A stretch of DNA of 64,000 nucleotides from the human T2T-CHM13v2.0 reference genome, Homo sapiens: the NCBI RefSeq assembly GCF_009914755.1, contig NC_060936.1. One strand, written 5' to 3'. The notes under the pieces were generated by a model. That model saw nothing but the letters and a program-made list of their open reading frames with translations, made no database searches and had not been told where the DNA came from. Both the position numbers and the translations under genes were made by a program. Shown in pieces: positions 1 to 14,468 of this stretch. Each line of letters opens with the position of its first letter. Within the stretch, counting starts at the first letter, position 1.

Positions 1-261
1 TGTATTAATAAATGTGACACCTGCAATTCAGACAGCCATCTTACTATATGCCAGAAAAGGAAGCTAACTCTGAAGATAGCAGTATTGAAAGATGAGGGAG
101 CTACATCTTCCTTGACATCGTTGTGCTGCTAAATCTATACCCCAAAGGGGACTCTGCCTGGTGGACCTCCTGTTATGCAAGATGATAGATTCTGTCAATG
201 TTTTGGCCAGTGCGTGTTGGGGTTTCTTTTACCTGTACCCCAAAGCATCCTAATGGGTGCA
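1..261 (+). mobile_element. MaLR LTR 3' part (MLT1J/K/L-like)
   Basis: Ends in GTTGGGGTTTCTTTTACCTGTACCCCAAAGCATCCTAAT, resembling the old MLT1 LTR terminus. Confidence 0.55.
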
Positions 262-1419
262 GCGCTATTACTGTGGAACCCTGATTTATCTCTGAAGGAG
301 CAGGTGGACAGAGCACTGGATTAACTTGTTTAGAATCACACAGCTGGGAAATGACTGATTAGGCTGTGAGCCCAGGACTCTGCCTTCAGTCCACCTCCCT
401 CCCCAGGGGTGACTTACAGCTAGCCTCTAAGAATGAGCAGCCAGAAAATAACAGTTACTGAGTACTATCTAGTTTTTGGGCAGTGCTGGGTGCTGAGTGG
501 TCGGGAGCTGATGCATAAAGAAAGAGAAGACGGTGAAGATCTTGATGGAACACAACGTGGCAGCTGGGATTGAGGGATCATGCATGTGGGCTCTGGGCTA
601 AAGTCCCTGCCCCATCTGCCCACACTCTTCATAACCCACACCTGCTTTACCTGGGGTAATCCTGTACAGTGGAGGACACTTCCGGTTTGGATTCGGGTAG
701 ACCTGGTCCAAATCCTGTCTCGGTTACTTCCTAGGTGTGCGGGGTTGGGCATGTCCTGTCACCCTTCTTGGCTTTGGTCAACTCATGCTGGGTCACAGTC
801 AGGAGCAGACATGCGGCGTGACATTGCCGGACACCTAGAAGGTGCTGAATGAAGGATGACTGTGGGCACAATCATGACAGTTAGGACTATCCAGAAACCT
901 GAGAGTCATATGGCAGGAGGGCTAATCTTAGTCCCTGCTCTGCTATGATGGGTTGTGTGACCTCAAGCAATTCCTGCCTTCTCTGGGCCATTCGCTTATG
1001 CCCCTGATCCTCGGAAATTGTGGGATTGGGCTTGATAGCCATTTTCAAACTCTGTTCCATGGAGATCTAGAGATTCCTTGGCTGTATAATGAGGATAGGG
1101 ACACAGGAGGAGAGACTGAAACCATCCCCTCCACACCCAACCTCATCTTCAACCATAGCAGCTCTTTGCTATTTCTTTCATGAGTCTAGGACTTTCTGTA
1201 CGATGTTATTTGGAGAGAGATTCTGCTGCTATATATATGCAACTTGAAAACCCTCTAGATAGATCTCTACATTCCTTCTAGTTATTTAGTAGTTAATAGC
1301 ATAAGCTTTGGTGTTCATTGCATCCAGATTTGAATGATGACTCTGCCGTTTATTATGTGTTAACTTGGGCAAGCCGATAACTTCCTGGCTCACAGTCTCC
1401 ACATCTACCAGCCATTCAG

Positions 1420-1700
1420 GAGAACGTCCTTTCCCCTCATCTCCACCAGCAGGAGGTGTTAGAACTCTTTTTAATTTTTGTCAGTTCAATGGGTATAGAA
1501 TAATATTTCATTGTTACTTTAGTTTGCACTTGTCTAACTTCTAGAGAATTGGAGCATCTTTTCCTCTGATTCTTGGCCATTTTGATTTCTTCCATAAATT
1601 CCTATTCTTTGCCCATTTTCTGTGGGGCCATTTGTCATTTTTCTGGTCTGTTTGTGAGAACTCTTTGACATCATATGGACATTATACTAATATAGCATGG
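1420..1700 (-). mobile_element. Old L1M(E) fragment, apparently inserted into a MIR (MIR pieces ~1300-1410 and ~1770-1850)
   Basis: TTTCATTGTTACTTTAGTTTGCAC...GAGCATCTTTTC...TTGGCCATT is typical antisense L1 ORF2-end sequence; MIR halves flank it. Confidence 0.55.
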
Positions 1701-2339
1701 ATTTTATCTTTCACCTGCATTACAGTTTTTTTAAGAACCATCTTTTGTTCCTTTTAAAATGTTGCTATAATGGTATTACTGCACTGTCACGTGAGGATTA
1801 GATAGCCTAATGTATATAAGCACATAGTAGAAATCCTGGTAATTTCAATACAGCATTTCTATTATTTACAGGCTTTGAGTGTGGGTACATGGTTCTGGAG
1901 TTACCTGAATGTGTGTTGTTGATGGAGTTAGTTAAAATGACAGTGCCAGGCAAGGAGGTACTTGTGATCTATAATGTAAACACCTAGGAGAAGGGGAAAA
2001 AAGAATGTCACTGTCTTGTGTCTGCTCATTTGGGAGAGTGAGCAGAAGCGCTTGTCAGCAGAGTCGAGTCTAATGTGCATGTGACTGATGAACTGTGGAA
2101 TTGACAGGGCTCCATTATTTACTCTGTGATAGGAAAAAGTATACTCATGCTTGAGAGCTCATGAGCAATGGAGATACCAAATAAATCAGAATAATGACTG
2201 AGGGGTGACACCCATGAGTCAGCTCCACCAGCAAGTCCTGCCCAGAACATCCCTTTTGCCAGAATCAGACTCCACCAAACATAGGTCAGCATTAAGGGCT
2301 CCTCTTCTGTGCAGTCAGCGTGAACAGGTCCAAACTTTT

Positions 2340-2990
2340 ATCAATTATTTACTGCTATGAAATGCTGCATAACAAACAACCTCAGTGACATTAAACAATA
2401 AACACTTATTGATCATTGATCATTTGTGACTACTGGGTGGTCAGCAAAGCAGCTCTGCTGATCTTGACTGGGTGCACTCACATGTCTGGGGGCAGTCGGC
2501 TATCAGCCTGTCCTTCCATGCATTATGTTGTCAGTGGCTTATGCATCAGAATTACCCATGAAGAATATTAAAATACAGATTCCAGGGCCTCATTCCTAAA
2601 GAGTCCATTTTAAAAGGTCTGAGGGTAAGCTTAGGAAACTGTGTTTTAACTAATTGCAGATCCATGCTATTTCTATTTTACACTGGGACTTCTCGGTGCT
2701 AATTTTGGGTGACAGTGGTGGATAAAGAAACATTGTCAACAGTGATGACTGGAGTCTCCTCCACATGTATCTCATCCTCCAACAGGCAGCCTGGTGTGGT
2801 CTCATGGGAGAGGTATAGGCACCCACTTTTTAAGCCTCATCTTGGGTCATGCTTGCTAAAATCTCATTGGCCAAAGCAAGTCACTTGGTGGAGCCAACTT
2901 GAGAGAGGAGGAGCATTACAGTCACATGGGCAAGGACATAGGCACAGGGACAGATGAAGAATTGGGGCCACCACTGCAATCTACCACAAT
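2340..2990 (-). mobile_element. MLT1F/G/H-like MaLR LTR interrupted by a 222-bp insertion (2509-2730)
   Basis: ATGCTGCATAACAAACAACC...TTAAACAATAAACACTTATT on the left; CATTGGCCAAAGCAAGTCAC...GCAATCTACCACA on the right. Confidence 0.65.
2509..2730 (+). repeat. Copy 1 of a local direct duplication (partner 3469-3696) containing a MER5-like fragment
   Basis: Manual alignment gives about 85% identity over ~225 bp, including non-MER5 flanks. Confidence 0.9.
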
Positions 2991-3468
2991 GGTTCAGCAT
3001 GGAGGTTAAGATTACAGGATATAGAAACAGCTGGACCTGGACTTTGGTGCCTCTTCCTGCTGGGATTTTCATACTTCCTCCCATTTCTCCCCTAGGTGCC
3101 TACACCAAAGCCTTTTCCCGTAAGGCTTTGCTCTCGGCTAGCTGCCACAGTCAGAGATTTTCTTCAGTGTTGCCTCCCAACTGCCAATGCCCTCTCTCTC
3201 TTTCAAGGATATTTGCATTAAAAGAGTCTTACTGCTTTTTCTGATTACAAGGGAATATGTGCTCTTTGCACAATGCTCAAGCCATACAGATAATCATGAC
3301 CTAGCTCCATCACCCCTCTCTGAGTGGGAATTTTCCACTGTCAGTATGTTCTTTTTCATACAGACTTTTTCTTTGCCTATTTGAGATCTCTTTGTCAAAT
3401 ATGGGGTCAAGCTTTAGACAAGTTGCTTTATTCACTTAATATCAACAACAACAGCAACACTGTGTGGG

Positions 3469-3696
3469 TGTCTTTCCATGCAGGATGTTGTCACTGGCTT
3501 TTACATCAGAATTACCTATGGAGGAGAACATTAAAATACAGACTCCAGGGCCTCATTCCTAAAGAGTCTGTTTTAAAAGGTCTGAGGGGAAGCTCAGGAA
3601 ACTGTGTTTTAACTAATTGGAGCTCCACACTATTTGTATTTTAACAGGGTCTCCTTGCCTGGTGCTAATTTTTGGTGACAGTGATGGAAAAAGAAA
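3469..3696 (+). repeat. Copy 2 (probable donor) of the local duplication; MER5-like core
   Basis: Shares TTAAAATACAGA-TCCAGGGCCTCATTCCTAAAGAGTC and TTTTAAAAGGTCTGAGGG...AGGAAACTGTGTTTTAACTAATTG with 2509-2730. Confidence 0.9.
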
Positions 3697-3919
3697 TACC
3701 CAGTGAAGGGAGTGATTAGCGCAGGGGCTCCAAGCACTGTGATAGCCGCTAGGGGAGACACTTGTGATTGAATCACATCACCTCAGGGGGCCAGTTTTTT
3801 TTTGTTTGTTTTTTGTTTCTTTTTTTTATTTTTCAGAGAAAGGAGACTGTATTGACTTGCACCTTCAGTTTCTTTGGAACCTGTCCAGGTATGGCCCCGT
3901 AAGTAACCAAATAACCACT

Positions 3920-4110
3920 AACCTAGGTTCAGGAATTTCCCAGCTGTGTGTTCTTAGGCAAGGGACTTCACCTCTCTGGGCCTCAGCCAGTTCATCATAA
4001 CATGGAAATCATAATATCCACCTGGCTCAGCAGTTGAGAAAAGCAATGAGTTCACACCTAGAAAGAGCCCACCCAGCTGGCCTCATAATAGGTCTTCCAT
4101 AAACAGTAGC
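3920..4110 (+). mobile_element. MIR SINE
   Basis: Degenerate MIR core (GGCAAGGGACTTCACCTCTCTGGGCCTCAG) and 3' end. Confidence 0.7.
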
Positions 4111-4507
4111 TTCCCTTCCCCCATGCGATGTGGTGAGCAGGGACTTACTGGGCAGTCTGGGAAAAGCCAGAGAGCCCCCGAGGACAGCAGCAGCCATGCC
4201 ATGTGCCTTGATGAGTTAATTATGGAAAATTAGGGCAAGTCAGGTTTCTGCCTTCAGGAATCTCCTATTAAGGTCTGGATGATAGTGCAGGATTTTAATA
4301 ACTCTCCAGGGGCTGGTGACAAGGAAGGTTCTTCCTGCTGGGCTGATAAGTAGGGGAACCAATCAAAATGTACAAATACAGCCAAGAAAGAGGCTCGGGG
4401 AGGCCTTTGGAGTGGACCACAGCCTTTTCTGGATGTTTGCTGGCTGGGGACTCTGATCAGACAAATTCTGAGTGGGGCATTCCAGGTCTCCTGACATCAG
4501 AATTATG

Positions 4508-5046
4508 TGTGGTAGATGCAGAAATGGTGGCAATTTGCTGCCCTTCTCTGTATTTACTCTTTTTCCAATGTGCTTTTGCAGCCCTCTCATTGAAAAGTGG
4601 AGTCTGGTTCCTGAAAAATCCTTGAATCTAAGCTGGCCTTATCACTTGTATTGGCCTATAGAGTATAGTGGAAGTGACTCAGAGAGTTCCTAGGGGTTCT
4701 CAGGAGTCAAGAGGACTAGAACACTTCTACTTTCTCTTTTGAAATCTTGCCCAGCTACTATGGGGACAACCCCAGGATATCTGCTAGCAGATAAGAGCTT
4801 GTGGAGGGGAGCTCAGTCATTTCAGACAAGGTCATTCTATATCAGCCTATGGCCAGTTGACCCTCAAATACTGAAAACCCCACCAAGACAACGAAGCCAC
4901 CTACCTGACCTCCAGCTGTACTCAGACACTTAAGTGAGTTTAGCTGAGACCAGAAAAATCACCAGCTCACCAACAGACAATGAGCAAAATAATTAAAGCA
5001 ATGAGTTTGGGGATGGTTTATTAGGCAGCAATGGCTAACCAATACA
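4508..5046 (+). mobile_element. MLT1E/F-like MaLR solo LTR
   Basis: TG...CA termini (TGTGGTAGA...GGCAGCAATGGCTAACCAATACA); internal CCTTGAATCTAAGCTGGCCTT motif. Confidence 0.75.
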
Positions 5047-5489
5047 GTGTATGTGTGACGATAATGGTATAAAAATAATACAACTCTAGTAACAATAAAG
5101 GCTGCATTTACCCCATTCCAGAGACTTTGCTAAGGATTTTATGCCCATTAGCTTATTTAATTCTCATCAAGCCCTGCAAAGTAGGTGTTATCTTCATTTT
5201 ATAGAGGGGGAAATGGAAACTCAGGAAGTTTTATGTGCATTGTCTAATTTCAGTTGCTTTCAAGTGGGGGAAGGCAGGACTGGAACTCAGGTCTGCACTG
5301 CCTCCTAAGGGGCCTCACCTGATCTGTATAGAAGCCATTCTCAGAGTAAGGCCAGAATCCTCAGCCTGGTATATAGCAGACCTCCATGACCTGGCCCCTT
5401 GTGATTCTTTCCCTCTACCTTAGTTGACCTTCTCTCCTTCACCTGGAAAACTCTTATTCATCCTTCAAAACCCAGCTCAGGTTTCCCCT

Positions 5490-5930
5490 ATATTAGCTCT
5501 TAGAAGCAACTAATATAAATCCTTTCTTCAAATTGGCAGAACTAGTAAGAACATTTAATGTTTCACATGAATGGAACTTCAGAAGTCAAGAGGGGAGGAG
5601 AGTCCTGGTTTGGTCAAGGCAGCAGTTCAATGGTGTCCTCAAGCATCCCTGTCCCTTCCATGTATGTACTCTGGAGGTGTTATGCCAGGCAGGTTTCAAC
5701 GTGGATGTAGCAAACCTGACATCATAACCAGACCCAGAACATGCAGAGAAACCAGATTTTTTTTTCTTATGCCTTGTTTTTGGAACCAAGGAAACTTTCC
5801 CGGCAGCCTCCTAACAGACTGTCCTTCATGTGTCCTTGGCCAGGATTGGTCTCATGTCCTTCCCTGAACCAATCACTGGCAGAAAGGAGAATTGCATCAC
5901 CATCATTGGCTTTGACACATCCAATCACTT
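5490..5930 (-). mobile_element. MLT1K-like LTR
   Basis: TTGGCCAGGATTGGTCTCATGTCC...GAACCAATCACTGGC motif. Confidence 0.55.
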
Positions 5931-6879
5931 TTGATGGAGTAGATCTGGGAGAATCAACCAGTATGGTGTGATATATCTCCCCTAGGAAGCCACCTCGGAC
6001 TTTCCAGCCTGGATCAGGTGACCCCACTGGGTTCTCTCAGCTTCCCATGCTTGTCTCCATCACAACTCTGGCCACCATGTGTTATAAGGGTGGCTTTCCT
6101 GGTAAGACTTCCCCTCCGATTTGGCTCTTCCTCTCAGTCTCATCCATTGTTTCCTGTGCCACCCTAATTCTCCCTACACTCAGAATTACTTGCCCAAAAT
6201 CCCTCTTCCCCCATAGAACTTGAAGTTCATAAGAGCAAGTGTTATTTCTGCCTCCTTTACTGCTGTGTTCCCAGCCCCTAGAAGAGTACCAGGCCCATCA
6301 AGAAGCATAATAAATATTTGTTTTGAATGACTTCTTTGCTAGGACTAGGACTCTGAATCAGGGATGGGAGATGCTGGAGAAGGAACTATAAGATAAATAT
6401 TGAGCTGTCACATTCAACGGAACCTTATGCAAATTTCCACCAGGAGTGGTCCGAGGCTCAGAAAATGCCCACTGAGCTGAGCCACTGGGCATTACACCCA
6501 TTAATGGCTCTGAATAATACCCAACAACTGTGGGGTGTTCATGGCTCACAAATGACCTGCCCACACATTAGACCTCCTGCCTCTCTAGGCGACCCCGTGT
6601 AGGAGGCTCATTTTATAGATGACACCTGGGGAGGTGAAAGGACAGGCTGAGAGGCTTAGTTGTCAATTCATAGTGCCAAGGCTTGAATCCTGAGTCTGCC
6701 TTGACTGCAAACTGGTGCTCTCTCCTCTTCATACAAATACCAACGGGTTTCTAGCCTCCAACTCTATCACCATCGAGGTTACTCTCCTTGGGATAATGTG
6801 TAACTGTCAACCGCCCCCCATATTGGATTTTGTGGGAGAAACTTTTTTTTCTCCCTTATAAAGAAGTTTATTAAACATA

Positions 6880-7413
6880 TGGTATTTTGTACTATTACCC
6901 ATCAAATATTCACTCTCTCCTTCCTGGTCAGTGGGCAGAGTATATTTCCTCACTCTGCTGATGTTGGGCTTAGCCATGTGACTTTATTTGGCCATTGGAA
7001 TGTGGGCAAAAGTGATGATGTGGCATTTCCAGGCAGTAGCCTCTATTAGGCATGACAAATTTCTGCCAATTCTTGCTTTCTCCTAAGAGAATAGCATGCT
7101 ACATATTGCAGGAGGGCCGGATGCAGTGGCTCACTCCTGTAGTCTCAGCACATTTGAGGACAAGGTGAGAGGATTGCTTGAGGCCAGGAGTTTGAGACCA
7201 GCCTGGGCAACACAGTGAGACTCAGTCTCTACAAAACAATTAGGAGCCAGTCCTATAGCCTTGATTGCAAAATGACAAGACACATGGAGCAGACCCAAAT
7301 CTGATCCACAGCTAACCTGCAGGCATAAGCAAGAAATAACTATTTGCTGAGGACCACTGAGATTTTGGGGGTGTTTGTCTCATAGCTTTATCATCACAAA
7401 AGCCGACTGATAC
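6880..7413 (+). mobile_element. MLT1H/I/J-like LTR interrupted by an Alu monomer
   Basis: GGGCTTAGCCATGTGACTTTATTTGGCCATTGGAATGTGGGC and terminal GACTGATACA. Confidence 0.7.
7115..7240 (+). mobile_element. Alu left monomer (FLAM_C or AluJ left arm)
   Basis: GGCCGGATGCAGTGGCTCAC...GGATTGCTTGAGGCCAGGAGTTTGAGACCAGCCTGGGCAAC; stops at the A-rich linker. Confidence 0.9.
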
Positions 7414-7692
7414 AACCACTCTGTGCCTGATTGTGCAGAGTATTTTGCATACATTCGTTCATTCGATCACCACAATAACCTCTGAGGTACTATGAAGTCC
7501 TCTGCTGATCTATAAGTCCTTTTGTCCATTCCTGCGTCACCAGAGCCCAGCACACTCCTTGGCATATAGTATATGCACAAGAAATATTTTTAGATGAATT
7601 AGTAAAGTAGGAACCATGTGGCATTGGCCTGATTTGTGAACAATGTCTGTGTAATAATAATGCCCTACTCTGTGCCAGGTACTGTTAGGTGC

Positions 7693-8050
7693 TTATTTAA
7701 TTAATACGTTATTTCACAAATGTTTTTTGAGCACCTGCTTCATTCTGGGAATACAGCAGTGAACAAAACGGGCAAAACCTCTGCCCTCTTGGAGCTGATA
7801 TTCTTACTGGGGAGAGAGAGACAACACATAAAATATATAAAACTGTAATGTAGTGTGGTTAGTAGTAAATGTTATGAAAAATAAAATAGAGCAGGGAAAG
7901 GGAATGACAAGTGCTGGGGTGGAGTCGCAGTTTCTAACAAGGCAGTGCTGAAAGGCTGCACGGAGGAAGTGGCATCTGAACAAAGACTAGGGAAATGTGA
8001 CTGTGAGAGTCAAGCAATGTCTGGGGAAAGATTGTCCAAGGCAAATGGAA
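7693..8050 (-). mobile_element. L2 3' region
   Basis: TTGAGCACCT...GGGAATACAGCAGTGAACAAAAC...CCTCTGCCCTCTTGGAGCT antisense L2 tail. Confidence 0.75.
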
Positions 8051-8094
8051 TAACAATTCTTACATCCACCTTATGAATGAATAAAGGGGCTCAC

Positions 8095-8800
8095 AGGCAT
8101 AGAAACATAAGTACTGCATGATCTCACTTCTATGTAGAATCTAAAAAAGTAGAATTTATAGACGTAGAGAGTAGGATGGTGGTTACCAGAGGCTGGGTGG
8201 GGTGGGGTGGGATGGGGAGATGTTCAAAGGGTGCAAAGTTTCCGTTTTACTGAAGGAATAGGCTTTAGAGGTTTATTGTACAGCATGGTGGCTATAGTTA
8301 ATAATAATGTATATTTCAAAATTACTCAAGCAGTAGATTTTATTTATTTATTTTTTGAGACAGGGTCTTTCTCTGCCACCTGGGCTGGAGTGCTGTTACA
8401 TAATCCTAGCTTACCACAACCTTGAACTCTTGGCTCAAGCGATCCTCCCACCTTAGCCTCCCAAATAGCTGGGACTACAGGCACACACCACCACGACCAG
8501 CTAACTTTTTAACTTTTTACAGTGACGAGGTCTTGCTATGTTGCCCAGGCTGGTCTCAAACTCCTGGCTTCAAGTGATCTTCCTCCCTCAGCTTCCCAAA
8601 GTGTTGCAATTACAAGTGTGAGCCACCATACCCAGCCCTAAAAGAGTTGATTTTAAATGTTGCCATTAAAAAAAAAAAAAAGATAAGTATATGGGATTAT
8701 GAATAGGTTAATCAGTTTGATTTAATCATCCCACAATGTAAGCCTTGTGCTCCATATATATACAATTATTATATGTTAACTAAAAATTTTTTTAAAATAG
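8095..8800 (+). mobile_element. L1MA 3' end interrupted by an Alu
   Basis: ACTGCATGATCTCACT...GTAGAGAGTAGGATGGTGGTTACCAGAGGCTGGG...TACAGCATGGTGGCTATAGTTAATAATAATG. Confidence 0.8.
8338..8637 (-). mobile_element. AluJ
   Basis: Full antisense dimer with J-type GGCTCAAGCGATCCTCCCACC. Confidence 0.92.
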
Positions 8801-9158
8801 AAAAAAGAGGGACTCAAAGGAGCAGAGCTGGGATGTGGACCCAGGAAGCCCAGTCCCACTGCTTGTGCCCTTAAGCACTTTGCAGATGGTCTTATCAGGA
8901 CTGCCCTGACTTAGCAGTTGTTTTGGGAATCCACCCACTGATCCTGGGGCCTCTACCCTGAGCCCTGAGCTGTCCAGTCATCAGATTTCAGCTAATGACA
9001 ATGGGAAACCACTTTGGTCCCTAATGGATTCAGCATTCCCCAAACGCTCCATCATATTAGCCATGGAAATGGGCTCTGTCTCATCCAGGGAATTGCTTGA
9101 TGAAACAAGCAGGCACTCAACCTCTCTAAGCCAAAGGTGATTTAAAATATTGCAGGAG

Positions 9159-9468
9159 GGCTGGGCACCATGGCTTACATCTGTAATCCCAGCACTTTGG
9201 GAGGCCAAGGTGGAAGGATTGCTTGAGACCAAGAGTTTGAGACCAATCCAGGCAACATAGCGAGACCCCATCTCTGCAAAATAAATTTATTTAATTACCT
9301 GGATGTGGTAGTTGCATACCTGTACTCCCAGCTACTTGAGAAGCTGAGGCAGGAGGATCCTTTGGGCCCAGGTGTTTGAAGCTGTAGCAAAGTGGGATGG
9401 CACCACTGCACTCCAGACTGGGCAACAGACCAAGACCTTGTCTCTAACAAATAAAATAAAATAAAAAT
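9159..9468 (+). mobile_element. AluJ with 16-bp TSD
   Basis: TSD TAAAATATTGCAGGAG (9143-9158) / TAAAATATTGCAAGAG (9470-9485); A-rich tail. Confidence 0.95.
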
Positions 9469-9852
9469 GTAAAATATTGCAAGAGCCAGCCTTGGATGAG
9501 GCTTATGCAAACAGTATCTTTGATTTCATGGGGGTGGGGATGGTGGTCCTCCCCAGTGACTGTGTGTTCCCGCTGTGGGCAGCAAGTGGAGAACAAGCTC
9601 CCCAGGCTGGGCTTGTCTTTGACCTCTTGTGGAACCAGTTTGACCTGGAGAGACAGGGTGCGAACACTGTCTCCAGCAGCTACGGTCAGAGAGGCAGACA
9701 ACAAGGCTCCAGCCCTTTTTTGGAGATGTTAGTTCTGTTTCCTGCTGGTATGCTCTGGAAGATTCCCTTCCTACCTTCCTTTCTTCCTATTTCTCCTTGT
9801 CTTTTTTTTCCATTACCAATCTGACCTGTGAGTGGAAAGGTTTTCGTCTAAC

Positions 9853-10869
<1,017 letters not shown>

Positions 10870-10961
10870 CACATTTTTAAATTAATATGTTTTTCTTACA
10901 ACACATCAGCCAGGATAACTGTAACAGGTTAAATTCTGGGTGATTATAAAAAAAGAAAATA

Positions 10962-11293
<332 letters not shown>

Positions 11294-11373
11294 GAGAAAG
11301 AAAGTGGAAAGGAACTAACATTTTGAGGGTAGCTACTCTCTATCCACTTGAGTGCTATATGATTTACTTAGGT

Positions 11374-12188
11374 CAGGGTTTCTCAAAAGCAGCACTATGA
11401 ATATTTTTTCCAATTTTTAAAGTTGTGGTAAAGATACAGCACATAAAATTTACCATTTTGGCCATTTTTAAGTGTACAGCTCAGTGGCAGTAAGTACATT
11501 TGTAATGTGCAACCATCACCACCATCTGTCTTTAGAACTCCTTTCATCTGGGATGAAAGAGATGAGACTCTATACCGATTAAACAATACCTCCTTACTCC
11601 CTTTTCCCCCCAGCCCCTGGAAACCATCATTCTGCTTTCTGTTTCTACAAATTTGACTATTTTTGGTACCCCATATAAGTGGAATCATACAGTCTTTGTC
11701 TTTTTGAGACTGACTTATTTCACTTGGCATGACGTCCTCAAGACTCATCCATGTTGTAGCATGTGTCAGAATTTCCTTCGCTTTTAAGGCTGAATAATAT
11801 TCTATTCTATGAATACACCACATTTTGTTTGTCCTTTCATCTGTCATGGAGACTTGCATGGCTTCACCTTTTGGCTAATGTGACTCATGCTGCTATTAAC
11901 ATGCATATGCAAATATCTCTTCCAGGCTCTGCTTTTAATTCCTTTGGGTATTTGTCCATAAGTGGAATTGCTGGATCATATAGGCACTATTGCCATTTTG
12001 TACCAGATAATTCTTTGTTGCTGGGGCAGAGGGATGGATGTCTTGTGCATTGCAGGATGCTGAGCAGCATCTCTGACTTCTATCCACCAGATGTCGGTAC
12101 CATTGCCCCAGTTGTGACAACCAAAAATGCCTCCAAACATCGTCCAGTGTTCCCTGGGAACAAAATCAGCCCCATTTGAGAAGCACTG
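11374..12188. mobile_element. MER20 (hAT-Charlie MITE) split by L1MB and itself inserted into a MIR
   Basis: CAGGGTTTCTCAA...GCACTAT left end; GGCACTATTGCCATTTTG...TTGAGAAGCACTG right part. Confidence 0.8.
11405..11981 (-). mobile_element. L1MB 3' end
   Basis: ATAAAATTTACCATTTTGGCCATTTTTAAGTGTACAG; ORF 11395..11859 contains the L1 ORF2 C-terminal remnant (EYYSALK...TTWMSLEDVMPSEISQSQKDK). Confidence 0.9.
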
Positions 12189-12189
12189 A

Positions 12190-12360
12190 TATAATTTATT
12201 CCTCAAATCCTCACATCTCTGTGAGGTGCTATTATTATCCCCATGTTGCAGATGGGGAAACTGAAGCACAGAGAGGTAACGTTCCCTGCACAAAGCCACA
12301 CAGCTGCTAAAGTGGTGAAGCTGGGATTAGAACCCATGTCTTTCTGACTCCAAAGGCTGT
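12190..12360 (-). mobile_element. MIR (other part at ~11318-11370)
   Basis: ATTATTATCCCCATGTTGCAGATGGGGAAACTGAAGCACAGAGAGGT core. Confidence 0.85.
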
Positions 12361-12655
12361 ATGTCCACATGCAGGGAAACCCAGAAATTCTGTTGCACTT
12401 TTGGGAATATTGACCCAATATACTCACTTTAATTAGAGGTCAGAGTGAAAGTCATGGCTGAAAAGCAAACAGGGTGAGCAGGAGGTAGTTGAGCTTTGGC
12501 TGGGAAGGACGCCTCCTTTGGGGAGGATGTGGGTCTGGATGGTGAGATAAGATCATTTTATATCCCTTTAAATGTTTCCACCATGGCCACCACGTTGTAC
12601 AACTCCAGGTGTCACCACTCTCTGGAGCTTGTGCCATAGGAGGTGTTGTTTCTAG

Positions 12656-12967
<312 letters not shown>

Positions 12968-13595
12968 TGTTTCTAGTTTTAATATGAATAGTGGCCTGAA
13001 GTTGGGCAGCATAGTAACCCTGTCTCAGGACAGCTTTGTCAGTGGAGAAGGACAAAGACTGAGGAATCCACAGAGAATGAGACCTGGAAGTTCATTACCA
13101 ATGAGATTGTCTTGAGCTCAAGGATGGTGCATAAGTCACAAAAATCACATGGGAAAGAGAAGTGGGCCACTGGACATGAAATCTGGCAGCCAACCAATAA
13201 CTCATTCATTCACTCACTCCTTCACTCATTCATTCACTCACTCATTAGTTCATTCGGTCATTCAAACATTCAACTATAGGTTCTTTCTGCCTATTTCATA
13301 GGGAAGGAGTTTCCATAATGGTTCTGCAACTCCTGGACTTCAGAATCAGATCTGGGTTCAAATCTTAGTTCTGCTGCTGTGTGACCTTGGACAAGTTATT
13401 TAACATCTCCTAGCCTTCCTTGCGTCAGCCTTAAAATGGGGACAGTGGAATCAGCACCCTATTATGGTTGTCAGAAGAGATGAAAATAGAATGTATACAA
13501 ATTGCTCAGCACAGTCACAGAGACACAGTAAGTGCCGATAAGTGGATTGAGCACCTAATGTGTGCCTGGTCCCATGCTGAGAGTGTGTGTGTTAG

Positions 13596-13600
<5 letters not shown>

Positions 13601-13628
<28 letters not shown>
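13601..13628. repeat. (GT)14 microsatellite
   Basis: Direct read. Confidence 0.95.
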
Positions 13629-13629
<1 letters not shown>

Positions 13630-14110
13630 CAGAGCTGGGCTGTCCTCCAGGGCAACGTGGGCTTCCTCACTAGGTCATAGACTCCATTTTCAGGGAATAT
13701 GAGTTCTCAGGGTTACACATGAGCACAGCTAGTGTGGACTGGTTGGATATCTGGGGTATATACTCGAGGGCCCTAGGAGGCCTGACTCCTCTACCACAGG
13801 TCCCTTATGGGCCATGCCTTCCTTGACCCCCATGAACCAGGGTGGGTAAGACAACAGAAGCCGGGTTACACTGCTGCCTTGGACATTACCATTAAAACTC
13901 TCACCTTCTCCCCTGAGCCCACCAGCTGAGCAGGCAGAACCAGGCTTTGAGAGGACCTTAAAGCAGTAGGTCTCTACCCTGACTGCAAATTGGAATCACC
14001 TGGGGAGATTTCAACCCTGCCAATGTCCAGGCCACACCTGTAATAGATCTATCAAATCAGGATTTCTAGTGCTGGAGTGCAGACATCAGAATCTTCTCCA
14101 CCTTCTCCAG

Positions 14111-14468
<358 letters not shown>

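Noticed and set aside
11395-11859. 154-aa ORF with protein-like sequence
   Set aside because: Decayed L1 ORF2 C-terminus running into the L1 3' UTR, not a gene.
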